DNA of 49,175 nt from a virus (IMGVR_UViG_3300014208_000010:1-49175), one strand, 5' to 3'. Numbered from the stretch's first letter, positions 27,644 through 42,800 are shown. Made by a program: numbers and translations. Notes: generated from the letters alone by a model not told the origin.

Positions 27644-29065
27644 ATGAAAATCGTAAAAGCTCTCAAAACTACACTCTATGCCCCATTGTCAAGTTCTGAT
27701 ACTTCTTTAATTTTGAAACGTTTTGTGGATTTGGACGGAAATGAACTTGCTATGTCGGATTTTGGCGATTGGGGGGTGGTTGTGTTAAAATCTGGCGACG
27801 TAGTGGAAATGATAAAATTCAGTGGGCTTTCTCAAAGTTCCACAGACACAACCTGTACCCTCACCGTTGCTACGACAGGAAGAAGTATTGCAGGAACTTC
27901 ACCATACGCAGGTGCTTCAACCGGAGAAGATTTTAACGCTGGGGCAGAGGCAATTATTTCAAATGACCCTCTTACTCTTTCTCGGTTTGCAAATCTTGAT
28001 GTCGCAGGAACATTCACAGAAATAATGACGTTCTCGGCACTTCCACAAACCACAGCAGGAAATCCCGTTGTTGCGAATGACCTCACAAGAAAAGCGTATG
28101 TTGACAGTGTTGTCGCTGGTATCGCCACCACAATAAACGTAATTGTCCCGGGGGTTGGAGGAGAAACTATAACGGCTGGACAACTCGTATATTTTGATGA
28201 TACTGATAACGAATGGAAACTTTGCGACGCGGATACAGCCGGAACAGTAGAAAATGTAATGCTCGGCGTAGCACAAGGGGCGGGATCAAACGGTGTCGCC
28301 ATAGTGGGAGGTGTTCTCGTTCGTGGTTTAGACGCAAATCAAACAGGACTCACGGCTGGTGCTATTTACTATGCCTCAAATACTCCGGGTGCTTTATCCG
28401 CGACTCCGGGAACAAAAGAAGTTACATTTGGTTTCGCTTACTCCACCACTGAATTTTATTTCAATCCTCGTTTCAACCAACAATTAACCGAAGACCAACA
28501 AGACGCACTTGCTGGTACATCGGGAACTCCGAGTACCACAAATCCTTATGCAACAAAAGCCACAACTGACCTTGCGGAAGTTTTGACCAATAAAGATACC
28601 ACAGTAACTCTTGGAACTTCGGATACCCTTTATCCGTCCCAAAAAGCGGTGAAAACTTATGCAGACGCACAAGATGTAAAAACCTGTTATCTAACCGCTT
28701 CTGATACATTACAACAAAGTGCTAACACTGAACGAACTAACAATAACGGTACTCCAACCTTGTTAAAATCAATAAGAATACACCACACGGGAACTATCAG
28801 AGTAAAATTTGATGCAAAAAGTACGACCTCAACGGCTGACGGTGCTACGTTCCGGGTATATAAAAATGGTTCAACACACGGTACACAACAAACTACCACG
28901 TCTGGTGATCCTTATACAACATTTTCAGAAGATTTAACTTTCTCTGCTGGCGATTATATTCAAGTTTATGCGTGGGTAGCAGGAACAACAATCGCTTATG
29001 TTCAAAATTTTCGTATTTATTATACACAAACACTTGGACTTGATAACGCGGTAATCACTGACTAA
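27644..29065 (+). CDS. Tail fibre protein
   Basis: TRKAYVDS and PSQKAVKTYAD fibre motifs; GETITAGQLVY domain. Confidence 0.75.
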   Translation: MKIVKALKTTLYAPLSSSDTSLILKRFVDLDGNELAMSDFGDWGVVVLKSGDVVEMIKFSGLSQSSTDTTCTLTVATTGRSIAGTSPYAGASTGEDFNAGAEAIISNDPLTLSRFANLDVAGTFTEIMTFSALPQTTAGNPVVANDLTRKAYVDSVVAGIATTINVIVPGVGGETITAGQLVYFDDTDNEWKLCDADTAGTVENVMLGVAQGAGSNGVAIVGGVLVRGLDANQTGLTAGAIYYASNTPGALSATPGTKEVTFGFAYSTTEFYFNPRFNQQLTEDQQDALAGTSGTPSTTNPYATKATTDLAEVLTNKDTTVTLGTSDTLYPSQKAVKTYADAQDVKTCYLTASDTLQQSANTERTNNNGTPTLLKSIRIHHTGTIRVKFDAKSTTSTADGATFRVYKNGSTHGTQQTTTSGDPYTTFSEDLTFSAGDYIQVYAWVAGTTIAYVQNFRIYYTQTLGLDNAVITD

Positions 29066-29075
29066 AAATAATTTT

Positions 29076-30800
29076 ATGGATAAAACAAAAGAACTTCTCG
29101 CAAAGGGAGAACTAATGTCGGCTCAAAACCGAATACAACCCGGCGTTCCTTTTGCGGGTTCTTCTTACGACCCAAATGTAATAAAAACCATTCAACTTGG
29201 TTCTCCGGTTCTTTCTTCCCAAGATGTTTCAGGCGAATTTTCTTCGCTCGGAGCGACTCTTAACCAAAAAACAAAAACCCAACAACAATTAGACACAGAA
29301 AACAAGACAATGGTTTCACAGGGGTATGACTCGCAAGGAAATCGTTTACCCGACCCAAATACACCACCTACGACGATGTATTCAAAGGACGGTGGAAAAA
29401 CTGGTGTACAAGACCCGAACGCGCCAAAAATTCAAGTCGGAACAGACGGAAAACCGATAGTGTCCGAAACCCCTCTTTATGACAAAATGGTTTCCGATAC
29501 CGCAACCAATGACGCGAAAGCTCTTGCTGACGCGGAAACAAAAAAACAGCAGGTTGCAGACCTCTTGCCAAAAACTCTCGCCCTTATAGACGACCAATAC
29601 AATAGCTCGGTTCAAAACATTCAAAATACCTATACAAAACTCATAGACGAACAAACGAGAATTAACCGCGTAAAAATTGACCGTACAAAATCGTATGGTA
29701 TCAACGACGCCGGAGGACAGTATCAACCTTTGGAATACACCGACGCTGTTTCTGACCAAGAACAAATCGCCTCAAATAAAATAGCGAGTTTGGAGGGAGA
29801 AAGAAATAATCTTTTGGCAACCGCAAAGCAAAATCGCGATAACGGAAACATATCGGCACTCCGCCAGAATATGACCGACTTGGATAAGATAGAAACCGAT
29901 ATGAGAGCAAAGACCAAAGAACTCAATGATGTCGTACAAAAACGATATGAACTTGCCGTGTCCGTACGAAAAGAACAAGAAACCAAACAAAAAGAAAGAG
30001 CCAAAAGTTTTATGTTATCGGCTCAAACAAAGTATGTAGATGAATTTGATAAAGCAAAAACCGAACAGGAAAAAGACGCGATTATAAAAAAGATAATCTT
30101 AAACTCCGGCGGAACTCTCACGGACGCAGACCGCTATGACCTATATTCCGCTCTCGTAACCGCCTCCGAAGCAAAACTTACAAAGGTTGCAGACGAAGAA
30201 AAAGCAAAAATGGAAATGCGAAAAGGAGAAGCTCAAATCAACGCCTCAAACGCCAGCGCCTCAAACGCTTGGGCAAATGCTCTCAAAACGAAAAAGGAAA
30301 CAGCTCTTTTGGGTGCGGAGGGTGATAAACCTCTTTCTATTGCCGAAGTTGAAAACTTCCAATTAACTTATCCCGACGCAGGTATTCTTCCGGGAGATAC
30401 AAAAACACAAGCTGAAAAGAAAGCGGGAATTGGCGCTACGCAAGGTGAACGAACAGGAACATCTACAAACGGAACAAAGATAACATTAAAAGCTGACGGT
30501 ACGATAGTTGACGCGCAAGGAAATCGGTATGACTCAAATGGCGATTTAATCCCGTCGTCAAAAATAAAAACAACGGCGACAGTCGTTGCACCGAAAGCAA
30601 GTCCGACTTCCGCGATTGAAAAAAGAATTGCTGAATATGGAAATGGAAAATTCACCACGGCTGATATTCGCCACGTACTCCGAACACAAGGATTTTCAGA
30701 CGTTGAAATTGCCGACTCGTCCGTTGGAAACATAGTGGAAAAAATGGGGGTTGCTGTAAACGAACTATTTAGCCCATTTAGTAGTAAAAAGAAAAAATAA
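29076..30800 (+). CDS. Probable internal virion / DNA-ejection protein
   Basis: Q/N/K/T-rich helical protein after the tail genes and before the giant protein. Confidence 0.55.
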   Translation: MDKTKELLAKGELMSAQNRIQPGVPFAGSSYDPNVIKTIQLGSPVLSSQDVSGEFSSLGATLNQKTKTQQQLDTENKTMVSQGYDSQGNRLPDPNTPPTTMYSKDGGKTGVQDPNAPKIQVGTDGKPIVSETPLYDKMVSDTATNDAKALADAETKKQQVADLLPKTLALIDDQYNSSVQNIQNTYTKLIDEQTRINRVKIDRTKSYGINDAGGQYQPLEYTDAVSDQEQIASNKIASLEGERNNLLATAKQNRDNGNISALRQNMTDLDKIETDMRAKTKELNDVVQKRYELAVSVRKEQETKQKERAKSFMLSAQTKYVDEFDKAKTEQEKDAIIKKIILNSGGTLTDADRYDLYSALVTASEAKLTKVADEEKAKMEMRKGEAQINASNASASNAWANALKTKKETALLGAEGDKPLSIAEVENFQLTYPDAGILPGDTKTQAEKKAGIGATQGERTGTSTNGTKITLKADGTIVDAQGNRYDSNGDLIPSSKIKTTATVVAPKASPTSAIEKRIAEYGNGKFTTADIRHVLRTQGFSDVEIADSSVGNIVEKMGVAVNELFSPFSSKKKK

Positions 30801-30801
30801 T

Positions 30802-33800
30802 ATGCCAATCAAATGGGACAACGCTAGTACGCCGGTAGTGCCAACCTCAACAAATCCTACTAAAAAAAGTGGGATTGTTTGGGACGACACTCCAAAACCT
30901 GTTCAAGCAGTAACGCCTCCACAACCGGGAATTTTGGAAAAAATATCGGGTGGGTATAAAGCATACGCTGACGAAACCCGGCGTCTTGCTGGTGATATTT
31001 TTGCTGGGTCGGCTCAAATGGCGTCCTCGGTTGCGTCCGGTCTTGAATGGCTCGGTTTTAATCCCGGTGGAGTAGTAGAAAAAACTCGCGTTACTCTTGA
31101 TGAAATGGCAAAAGTAAATGCCCCTGTTGATCCGACCTTTGTAGATAATCTCGCTATGGGAGTTGGTTCATTCGGTGCGTTCTTCGTTCCGGGTGTTGGT
31201 ATTGCCCGAACAACCCTTGCTCTCACAAAAGTTTCTCCGGCTATCGCAATGCTTTTCGGAAACTCTGCGTCCACAGCTCTTGAAGCAATGTCCGAAGCTG
31301 GTTCAGTATATCAGTCAAACCTTGACCAAAGTGGAGATGTTGAATTGGCAAATAAAATGGCGACAAGGACTTTTTGGGGAAATGCCGTACTCATTGGTAT
31401 TACAAACCGTTTCGGACTTTTCAACGAAAACTTAAAAGGCGCTCTTAAAAAAGCTATCTTCTCTGCCCCTGTGGAGGGTTTCCAAGAAGCCGTACAACAA
31501 GTAATTTCAAACCTCGCAACAGACAGACCGATTGATGAGGGCGTAAAAGATAGTTTTTTAATCGGTGCTATCCTTGGAGCAGGTGGTGGAGCATTGGAAC
31601 AAGTTTTTGCAAAACCTCCACTCAAACCGTCTGAAACAGACGCGGGAAAACGCGCGAAAGAAATCATTGACGCTGGCGGTACTCCAAATGAAGCAACGCT
31701 TGAACTTTCTCAAACGCTTACACCAGAACAAGCGAAGAACATTGTCAATAGCGTTGTGAGGGATAATCTCACTCCCGAAGATGTAAATTTGACCCAAAAC
31801 GCCCCTATAACCACTCCGACAGCAGAAACAGTCGTCCCAAGCGTGGAAACAACGCCAGAAGCAGGAAAACAGGCAAAAACCACCCTCCAAGACGTGTTCG
31901 CAAAGGTAGATAATACGATATTAAACCAAACCCCGGCAAATCTTCAAGAAAGCTTTAATAAACTTGATGAGGAGGTGAATAAAAGGGCAGAAAAAGCAAA
32001 AGCGGAAATGAAACTCGCTGACGAGAATTTGAAAAAAGCAAAACCAAACACCCAAGAGAAAAAAGACGCTAAATTGAATTTGGAAAAAGCGAAGACAAAA
32101 ATTCGCGAAGCAAATGGCTATGTCCAAAAAACAATGGAGGCACACGCGGAGGCGTTTCGTAAATTCTTTTCCTCACACGTAAAAACTTTGAACAAAGACC
32201 TCACTGACGCGCAAGTGAATGAAATAGTGAGTAAACTTTCTGACAAAATCACGAATGTCGCGACATACGAAAGTGTGAAAAACGATAATATGGCGAAAGT
32301 TGTTAAGACCTTAGTAGATGAAATCAATCCTCCGGCGAAAACGACTACTAAAAAAGCAAAAGTTAGTACAAAAGTGGTAGAGAAAAAAGGAAAAGAGCCA
32401 GAATTTAAGGTCGGAGATGTCCTTGATCCCCAAGGGAAAACAAATATGGTTGGAAAAGTAACCATAAGCAAAATTGAGGGAAACACAATAAAATTCACGG
32501 ACGAAAACGGTACTGAATTTTCCGGTATGCAAAAGTCCTTGGTAAAAACTCTTGTAAAAGAGGGGAGTTGGAAAAAAGGCGAAGCAAAAAAAGAAGCTCC
32601 CGAAGAAAAAGAAATTGTTAGACAGGTTGTTAAAAATGGTGAATACCCAAAAACTCCACGCGAATTTGCTAAAAAATATATGCGCGGATACGTTCTTCGT
32701 GGTAATACTTTGGCGTATTTATCAGAGGGTTACGGAGGAGAAACTGGCGGTGGATATTCTGTCGGTATAGGTGGATATGTGAATGGAAAAAGTATCGGAA
32801 ACAAAAAAATCGCCGTTACTCAATTTGCGGGCAAAGATGTCGCGGAAATCTTTTCATTAAAAGAACTCTATGACGAAATCTTGAAAGAAAAAACCACACA
32901 AAAAGAAGAAGTAAAAAAGGTTATTGAAAAAAAAGGAAAAGCGTCCATTAAAGAAATTGCCAAAGAAACTGGTATCGTTGAACCGAATATCAGACGTATT
33001 CTTGGTGTCGGAGCAAAGGACGGAACGTTTGAGCGTATCGCCGAGGGAGTATACACTATCACGAAAGACGGAGAAAAAATGGCGTACATTATTCCCGGGG
33101 ACGCACTGGAAGTAATGCCGAAACTTGTCGCAGAGGGTTTTAAGTCGGATATGGTTTTCTTGGATATTCCTTATAAAACACAAGCCGTAACAGGAGGAAA
33201 TCGTGGAGTAAAGTATGACCTTATCAGTGTTGAACAATTTGGAAAAGTCCTTGATAACGTTTCGGAAATTTTAAGGACAGAAAAAAGTCCGATAATCCAT
33301 ATGTTCAGTCAAGCCACAAGTGGTTTGAAAGAAATGCAGAAATACAATGACCTCTTTGCTGAAAAAGGTTTTGTTGCCGTGGGTAGAGGAGGACTGACAA
33401 AATTACAACAAGACGGAATTACCGAAGTTCGGAATATGAGAGGTGATGTAATGAAGCCCGAGGGTATTCTCGTTCTCACAAAAAGCGGAGAATTGAATAA
33501 AGAATTAAAAAATCTCAATTTCAAACTCGTTCGCCCAAAAGGATACGCTACGGAAAAACCAGCACAGATGATCTCTGACCTTATTAAAATGACCACAGAG
33601 GAGGGAGATGTTGTCTTTGACCCATTCGCCGGATCGGGTGTTGTTCCGCACGAAGCAGTAAAAGCCGGACGAAAAGCCGTTGCTATTGAGAAAAAAACAG
33701 AACAAGCAAAGAAAATCGCGGAGAGAGTACAAGGAAACGATATTTTAGAAAATCTGAAAGACACATTCGGAAACGATACCGAACAAACTTTGAAAGAATT

Positions 33801-36800
33801 AAGAGAAAAAGACTATGTTCTTGAATTGAAAAAGACTTCAAGTATAAATGATGATATGTGGGCGGAACATATCTCTGAACCCTCACGAAAAAAGATTGAT
33901 AAAATTAAAGAGGAAATTCTTGCAGGAAAAGAAATGCCACCGATTTTACTAAATACTGTCGGTGGAATGTATGACGGACATCACAGGTTGCAAGCATTTA
34001 AGGAATTAGGGGTTAAGGAAATAAAAACCCTTACCGAATTAAAGAAAACAAAGGGTGTTGTTCCTACTGGAAAAATTATTGACAAGTTGCTAACAAAAAT
34101 AGAGAAAACATTTTATCGTGGTGGAGGTATGGGGTCTATGCCGAAGACGGGAACAGCCCAAGACGTATTAGATTATGAGAGAGTAGAACTCGGGAATACT
34201 GATGTTGTCGCAGAAAAAGGAGTTGACCTGTCAAAAATCCCGGCGAAAAATCTTGTTTGGTTGACCGAAACGAAAGAGTCCGCAAAAGATTATGGAAAAG
34301 TTGAAGAAGTTATTTTGAATGAGGGAGAATATCAGATTGTCGCGCGAGATAGCGACGGTGGTGTTCTTATTGACAAATTACTAATTAAAGAGGATAATAA
34401 AACAAATGGAAAAGATACTACAAATAGCCCCACTGGGGGAAATAACGTTGACGAAAACGGAGTACCCGAACCTTTACCCGTGGGCGGAAAAGAACCCGGA
34501 GGGGCTGGTGTCGCAGATACTGGGAATGGCAAGGGCGTCCGGGAACAAAAACCCGCAAAGCGTAGCAATGATATTGGAAAACGACTTGGCACACGATTAA
34601 CAAATGAAGAAATTGACGCGGAAGTGTCAAAAATAGCGGAAATTGGTACTAACGGAGAAGTTAGTATCACTGGTGAAATTACTGACGAAATTTTGGAAAT
34701 CGCAAACCAATACAGACCGGGCGGAGAAACAAAATCGGGACGCGGAATACTTGATGAGTATTACACCGCTTCCGAAGTCGTTGACCTCACAAAATCTCTT
34801 TTAGACTTCCCTGTGGAAAATATGAAAGTCCTTGAACCCTCTGTTGGCTCGGGGAATTTTCTCTATGCGCTTCCCGAAACAGGGACTCACGATATTCGCT
34901 CGTATGAAATAAACCCGATCACCGCAAAGATAGCAAAAATCTTCCACAATGACGCAAGAGTTTTTAACACTTCTTTTGAAACAAACTTTGTTGACGAAAG
35001 AGGAAACAAAAAATCCTTTGACACTGATTATGACTTGGTGATAGGAAATCCACCTTACGGAGAACACAGAGGGCAGTATCTCGGACTCGGAGAAGAAAAA
35101 GGAATAAAAAAATACGAAGACTATTTCGTAAAACGCGGATTGGACGTTCTCAAAGAGGGCGGAACACTTGCATTTGTACTTCCATCGTCCTTTATGGATA
35201 GAGCCACGGTAAAAAATGCCGTACTAAAAAACGCTTTCCGACTCCCGGAGGGTGCTTTCTCTGGTACGAGTATCGGAACGGATATAGTAATCCTCACCAA
35301 AAAAACCGGGGCAGAAACAAACCTTACCAAACACTTTGAAGAAAACCCCTCAACCGTTCTCGGGGAAGAAAAGACGCGCAAAAATCGTTTTGGAAAAACC
35401 GAAACGTTTGTATCAGGAACTCTTGAAGACGCAATCACTAATTTCTATCTCGCAAAAGACACTCTTGAAGCCGTTAAAATTCTTACCGATAATAAAATTC
35501 CTGTAACAGAGGAAAGTATTGCCGAACAAGAAAAATCCGTGGAAGAAGCCGGGGAGAAAGGTGCGGAAAAACTCGCCAAAGAGGAAACACACGCCAAAAA
35601 AGTTGGTAAAAAAACCATTGAGAAAAAGATAACAAAAGTTTCAACAACCAAAGGCAAGACCGTTTCACTTTCAGAACAATTTGTAAATTTAACCGAAGAA
35701 GAAACAACGGACTGGCTCGCGACTGGCTCGGACGGAGCGTTAAAAGACGGCTCTGATACAAGCAGAGCAAACTTCTATGACGGAAAATACTACATAGATT
35801 TTAATTACCTCCAAGGGGATATTTACGAAAAACTTGACCAACTAGAAAAAGACAAAGCGACCATTGGCGACAACCAATATAATACTCAAAAAGCAAAACT
35901 TCTTTCTCTCATTCCATCAAAAGAGAGCATAGGAGATATTAAACTTTCCCCAAATATCGGGTTTGTAAAGAACCTAAAAACAAATGGAGAAGACACACTC
36001 CAATCCGATTTTTTGAAGTGGCTCGGAACTGTTCCGCGTAATTCATTCGGAGATAGTAGTACGTGGGAGATCAGAGCATACACCAAAGACGAAAGCGTAA
36101 CTGGAAGTGATAAAGACCTCAATGAACGTGTCCGTGTACGACGCAAAAAAATGGCAGACTCTCTCTTTGAAAAATACCTTAATTCAGAACTTACTGACTA
36201 TCAAAAATCACTCGTTGCCGAAGAATACAATAAAACATTCAATTTCTATCACTCACCAGACTATTCAAAAGTACCTATCTTCGCTGATGTGTTTTCAGAG
36301 TATAAGAACGGTCAACCTCTCACCCTCAATGACGCACAAAGAGCTGGTATAGGGCGACTCGTAAATATGGGTATCGGAATTATCGCTCACGAAGTAGGTT
36401 TTGGAAAAACACTCACAGGTATTCTAGCGACCTACGAAACAATGCAAAGAGGTTGGGCGCAAAAACCTCTTATCGTTTGCCCAAGCGATAACGTTTATAA
36501 TCAGTGGAAGAACGATATTGAAACACTTATTCCAAATGCAAAATTAAACTTGCTTGGAAATCTTGGAGCTTCTTTCAAAGGCGACCTTTCCTCTCTGAAA
36601 ATTGAACCGGGGACATTCACTCTCGTAACCTATGAGGGATTAAAAAAACTCTCTTTCAAAAACGAAACGTACAAAAAAATGTCCGAAAAGTTTTCGTATG
36701 TTTCAGACGACCTTACCAAACATAAGACCGCACGGGACGCAGAAAAGGCAAAAGCAAAGGGTGAAGAAACTTCCGGGACAATGAAAAAAGGGACTCGTGC

Positions 36801-39800
36801 TGACCTATTCTTTGAAGACTTGGGCTTTGACTTAATGACATTTGACGAAATCCATAACGCAAACCATATCGTATCAAAAGTGAAACTTGCCAAAGGGCAA
36901 GCGTCCGAATACTCACGCTTTGGATTAAGAGCTTCCGACCTTGGAATGAAGACGTGGCTTGCTTCTCAATATATTCAAGACAAAACAAACGGAAGAAACG
37001 TCTATCTTCTTTCCGCGACTCCGTTTACAAATCACCCATTGGAATACTATTCTATTTTCTCTCTCGTGGCAGATAAGTCCCTCAAAAAAATGGGACTCTT
37101 GAACGTAAACGACTTCTTCGGTACGTTTATGGACGCAGAACACGACTACGAATTTAAGGCGGACGGAACATATCAGAAAAAAACCGACATAAGAAAATTC
37201 AAAAACTATCGCCAATTTAGTAAATTGCGTGATACTTATATTGACATTAAACAAGACAGCCCGGAAATTGTACGTCCTACTCGCGTACAAAAGACTTACG
37301 AAATTCCACAGAATGACCTCACAAAAGAATTGAACGCAAAAGCACAAGAGATATTTAAGGAAAACGAAAAAGAAGCAGGAAAAGGAGCAAAGACTCTCCG
37401 TGCTATTACAGAACTCCGTAAAATATCTTTCAGTCCTTACGTTTCAAAGTTTGGATCAGAACTCCCCACGCCAAGCAATAAAATGTTTGTTGAAAATTCC
37501 CCTAAACTCGCTACGGTAATGGGAATAATCAAGCAGAATAAAGCGGATAAACCCGAAGCCGGGCAAATTATCTATTCCGAAGTAGGGGTGGAGTCATTTC
37601 CTATACTCAAAGAGTATTTAGTAAAAGAAATCGGGTATAAGGCGAACGAAGTTGAAATCATTTCCGGCGGAACTCCAAAACCTCGTCGCTTGGATATTCA
37701 GGAAAAATACAACGCCGGAGATGTGAAAATAATTATCGGATCGGAAGCTATCTCGGAGGGTATGAACCTCCAAAGAAATACTACCGATATGCACTTACTA
37801 TCCCTCCCGTGGAACTTTACCGCTCTCCGACAAGTAATCGGGCGCGGTTGGAGGCAGGGGAATATGTGGGCGAATGTCCGTATCAATCAGTATTTCATTC
37901 GTAACAGTGTTGACGTTTTCCTTTCTCAAAAATTGGATAACAAACAGAAAAGATACGAACAAAGTATCGCCTCAAACGCAAACGAAGTAGACGTTGGAGA
38001 TGTTTCCTATAACGATATGAAGTTTGATTTAGTACAAGACCCAAAGGAACGCGCCAAACTTGAAATCAGTGCGGAAAAAGACCGAGTAGAAAATGAAATC
38101 AAACAAGCGAAAGCCGAACTCTCTTTTGCTACCAGAAAATTGGATAAAATTCAAGAAATGGACGACAAGTTAAAAACAGAAAAAGCACAACTTGTCGCGG
38201 AACTCGCCGGGGACAAAAATGAGTATTGGTTGGAAAGACACGAACAGAATATCAAAAAATATACAGATGAAAGAATTATTGAACTTGAAAATCTTTCAAA
38301 AAAAGGAATAAATGTAAAAACACTTCTTGAAACCAAGGAAAAAGGAGAACTTGAAATTACAAAACTTGAAGAAAAACTCAAAACTATTGAAACCTCTTTT
38401 GACGAAAGAGTAAAAACCCTTACGGAACAAATGCCACCAGAGGAGAACTTCTCTCACGATATGATCGCTCAATTTATGGCAGACCGCGCGGAAGAAAACA
38501 AAACATTCTATACCAAAAAAATAGAGGAGAAGAAAGAAACTATCGCTGTTGCCCCACGCACAAAAGAGGAGAAAAAAGTTGGTAAAAAGGTTGCGGTAAC
38601 AAAAAAGACAGCCCCACGAGTAGAACGCACGGGTACGCAAGACAAACGCGTGCTTGATATTCTTGCAAAATCAGATATTACTGTTGAACAGAAAGTGAAC
38701 GAAATCTTGAACGAAAAACAGACCGGAAAGGAATTTAAGGATACAGGTGTTCGTGTTGCCGGGTCAAAAAAAGAAAGAGCCACGATAAATACCGTCCTTG
38801 AAAATGCTGACATCGCCACCATCGCCGAAATGGTAAAATCTCTCGGTGCTGATACTATCGCGGAAACGTTGCATAAAGACGAAATTTTGGAGAAAGCGAT
38901 AAAACCAGACGTGGAAGCCGACAAGAAAGCTGGTGTTCCGGCTTATATCACTGGGTGGAAAATTAAAGTCCTCAACTCTATCGGACGAACACCGACAATC
39001 GTAACCAAAAGAACCAAATATAATTCTCGTCAAGAAGTTCCGACTGACTCTCTCGTTCCGTTTCTTACGAACTATCCAAAATACTTGCAGATGTTCACCA
39101 AAGACCTTGCTGATATAAAGAATATGGAGGGTGTGAACGCTTTTGAAGCAAAATATCGCTGGAACTTTGTAAACAACGAAAGCCAGTCAATGCTCGTAAA
39201 CATTGGTGTACTTGGAAAAGCCATAAAAAAGGTAATTCAAGACGGTACAAACATCGGACGTGCTATCGCAAACGTGCAAGACCAGTTAGGAATTATCGCG
39301 AACCCGGGAAGAAAATCAGAATACTCCGAACGCTATTACGGTTTGGATTATTCCTCTACCGGATATTATGCCACAAAAGAGGAAGCTATCGCAAAAACCG
39401 AAGAATACAAAGAAGACCGTATTAAAGACCTCAACGATACTCTTGACCTTTACAACAACAATTACGATCACTGGTTGCCAAAGAAAAAAGCCATTGAACA
39501 AAAAAGCGACGACTCACACGCAAACTTTAAGCCATTGGATAAGGTAGAAAGAAGCGAACCAGACATTGCGGACGAAAAAATAAACCCGGAAACCTTGATG
39601 AAAGAAAACGGATTTAGATCGGTACAGCTCGGTAACTATATGGACGACGCAACCGCAAAAGAACACCTCCGCTATACTATCGGGGCGGTACAAGATATGT
39701 CCAAATTACTTGGGGTGGACTTCCCGAAACTCATAAACAAAAAAGGACTCTCTATCGCTTTCGGCGCTCGCGGAGGTGGACGTTTCAACGCTCACTATGA

Positions 39801-42800
39801 ACCCTCACACAATATAATCAATCTCACCAAAGGCAGAGGGGACGGCTCATTCTTCCACGAGTTTATTCATTTCCTTGACGAAAAATCAAACTCCGCAGGG
39901 TATCGCGGGACTCTCTCATCAAAAAAGGATAGGTGGTATCGTTCCAACCCTCTTGATATGGACTCGGCAGAACTTATGTCCGCCCTCACAGGAAAACGTA
40001 TCAACAAAGTAAAAGAATTTACCCCAAGAGAAGACCCCTATATTTTAGACCGACCCGAAGACCCTGTTATGGTGATGAGAGCGAATGGAAAAACTTTTGA
40101 AGAAGCTATCGCGTGGGCGAAAGGTGCGACCTATCCGGGAAGTAAATTTCAAGACATTGCTGATGTTTACCGTAAAAACGTAAAAGAAGAAGCAAAAGTC
40201 TATAATGAAAAAACCGCATTTTATGACGGCGCTGTTTTACTTGGTGGTGGTTCGCAGGAGTCGTATTGGTCAAGACCTCACGAACTTCTTGCCCGGGCTG
40301 GACAGGCGTATATTGAAGACAAAATGATAGAAGCCGGAATGAAAAACAATTACCTCACCCGAACAACCTTATCAGAGGGAGAAACTTCATACGACAAATT
40401 CATTAAAAACGCATACCCCCAAGGTGATGAACGAAAGATTTTCAAAAATCTTTTTGACAAAGTTTTTGAAGACATTGCAAAGGACTATCCTTTCAAAGAT
40501 TATAACATTGGGGACGCACGCTTTAAGTTTGTTGATAAAGTCCTTGATGTTATCGCTCCTTACCAAACAGAAAAAGCCACTGTTGGCGTGAATGACGCTA
40601 TGTGGTACTTGAATGACGCAAGAAAACGCCTTGGGATAGACTTTGACACGTACCTTGTATCCTCTATTTTGGGAACGAAGACCGATATGACAACCAAAAT
40701 GAGTAAAGAAATTGAAGCTTGGGGAGTAACTTACGACAATTCCATTGCTCTCGTTCGCCAGATGGCAACCTACACAGCACCACACGAACTCGGACATCTT
40801 GTACTCGCCAACATTGAAAAAATTGGAGTATTCAAACGCGCAGGACTTACTCGCGAAAAACTTTTGAAAGCACAGGCGGAAAAAATGGGGATAGTGTGGA
40901 ACAAGCAAACTGACAAAGAAATTGAAGAACAGATAATGCTGAACTTTGAGAAATATCTTGACAATAAATATAATCAGGGTGGAATTATCAAAAAGTATTT
41001 CAACCTCTTGAAAATTCAGTTGGTAAAATTTGCCAAAGCGATAATTGGAACAAAGGGCGACATCGTGAAAGATTTTTACGACCTACTTGATGAGGGACGA
41101 ACGAATGACGAAGAAATGGAACGCATTGAGAACTCCGGTATTATTGAAGCGTTTATGTCCGAAAATGACACAGACGTTTTGGAGGGCGACAAGGTGGAAG
41201 AATTTGCGTCAATGAAATTTAAGGAAAAACCGAAAGACGCGCGACTCCAAAAAATCTCTATCAAATATAATGACTTGGTAAAAAAACAAGTTGAAATTGA
41301 ACAGGGTATAGAAACGTGGAAAAAAGACCTTGAAATAAATATCGCAAAAGCCGAACAGACCGCAGAGGTAGTAAACGAAGCCCCGGAGAATGTAAAAGAC
41401 CTTTCTCGCTTTACGAACAGAAAAGCACCGCCAGTCGGACAACTTACCGACAGAGGTGAAGCAATGGTTGAAGAATTGGGATTTGCGAATAAAGAACTCG
41501 CACAAGCAGAAATACACGATTATCTCCAAACAAAAAACGAACTCGTTACCACAAGAGCAAAACTCCGTGAACTTCGCCGTGCAATTTCAGAAGCACGGAC
41601 GACTAAAAAGGCAGACAAGACAGTACTCCGCGACCTTGAAAGACGTTTGAAACTCCGAAAAAGATACTTGGAACAGAAAGATATTGCGGTTAAAATCGGT
41701 GTGAACAAAGGAAAGAAACAACAAATGCGAATGATATGGAAACGCGGACGTGTACTTTCCGCAATGCAAGACGCATTTACTCTTGGGGATAAGAAAGCAA
41801 AAGAGATTATCGGCGGAAGAAAAATCCACTTAATGAGCGAATGGGAATTTAATAATTTCCTTTCAGAATTTGCGTCCAAAGCTGAAATCATTTCAAATAC
41901 TCTATCCGCACAAGACGAACTGAAATCTTATATCGCAGAAATGGAATTTAAGAAAGAAGACAATCTCCGAAAAGCACTCGGACTTCCAACCAACGAAAAA
42001 ATGAACGAAAGCCAAGCCAAGCAATATCTTGACGCACTTTCAAAGTACCAATTCGGCGATACATTCCTCACAAAAAGAGAACTTGAAACCGTACACCGGA
42101 CAGACTGGGGAAAAATGGAAACCGAAAGGGAACTTTTGGCAAAAATGAAAACCCATATCGGAGTAGGAAAAGAAGAAATGATGACACTGGAAGCCCCACA
42201 AGATAAAGGTAAATATACTTCGTGGATACGACTTGCAAGACAGCACCCATTCTATAATTGGTTAATTCAAAAAAGAATTATTGCAAAAATTCAAGCCGAA
42301 AGAGAATTTTTCGCCATTGAAAAAGAAGTAAACAAACTCGCTACTTCCGCGCGAAATTCACGCACTCGCGGTGTTGGGGACGTACTCGTACCGACTGACG
42401 ACATTGTATTTGGATATTTGGAAGCCGAAGACAAGGAAGCATACGCCACCAAGGAGAAAATGACCCAAGCCGAAAAAGACTTTGCCTCATATCTTATTAC
42501 TCAATACTTCAATGCTTACGAATATCTGAACTCTGAATACGGAATGAAAGGACGCAAAAATTATATGGTACACACCCGACGTGATTTTTGGGAGGCACTG
42601 AAAGAGGGAGGCGTAATGTCTGCTCTCCGGGAAACAATGACCGCGCAAAAAGAGGAAGAAGCCGGATTTAAGATTTTGGACGAACAGACAGGGGACGTAC
42701 TCGCGTTTGAAAAGTTCTTTGGCAATATGATGCACCGAACAGGGGGTATCGTACCATCAAAGAACGTCGCAAAGGCGTCCTTACAGTACTTTAAGGCACT

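Noticed and set aside
27644-29065. Diversity-generating retroelement or invertible fibre cassette
   Set aside because: No reverse transcriptase, invertase or template/variable repeat pair seen
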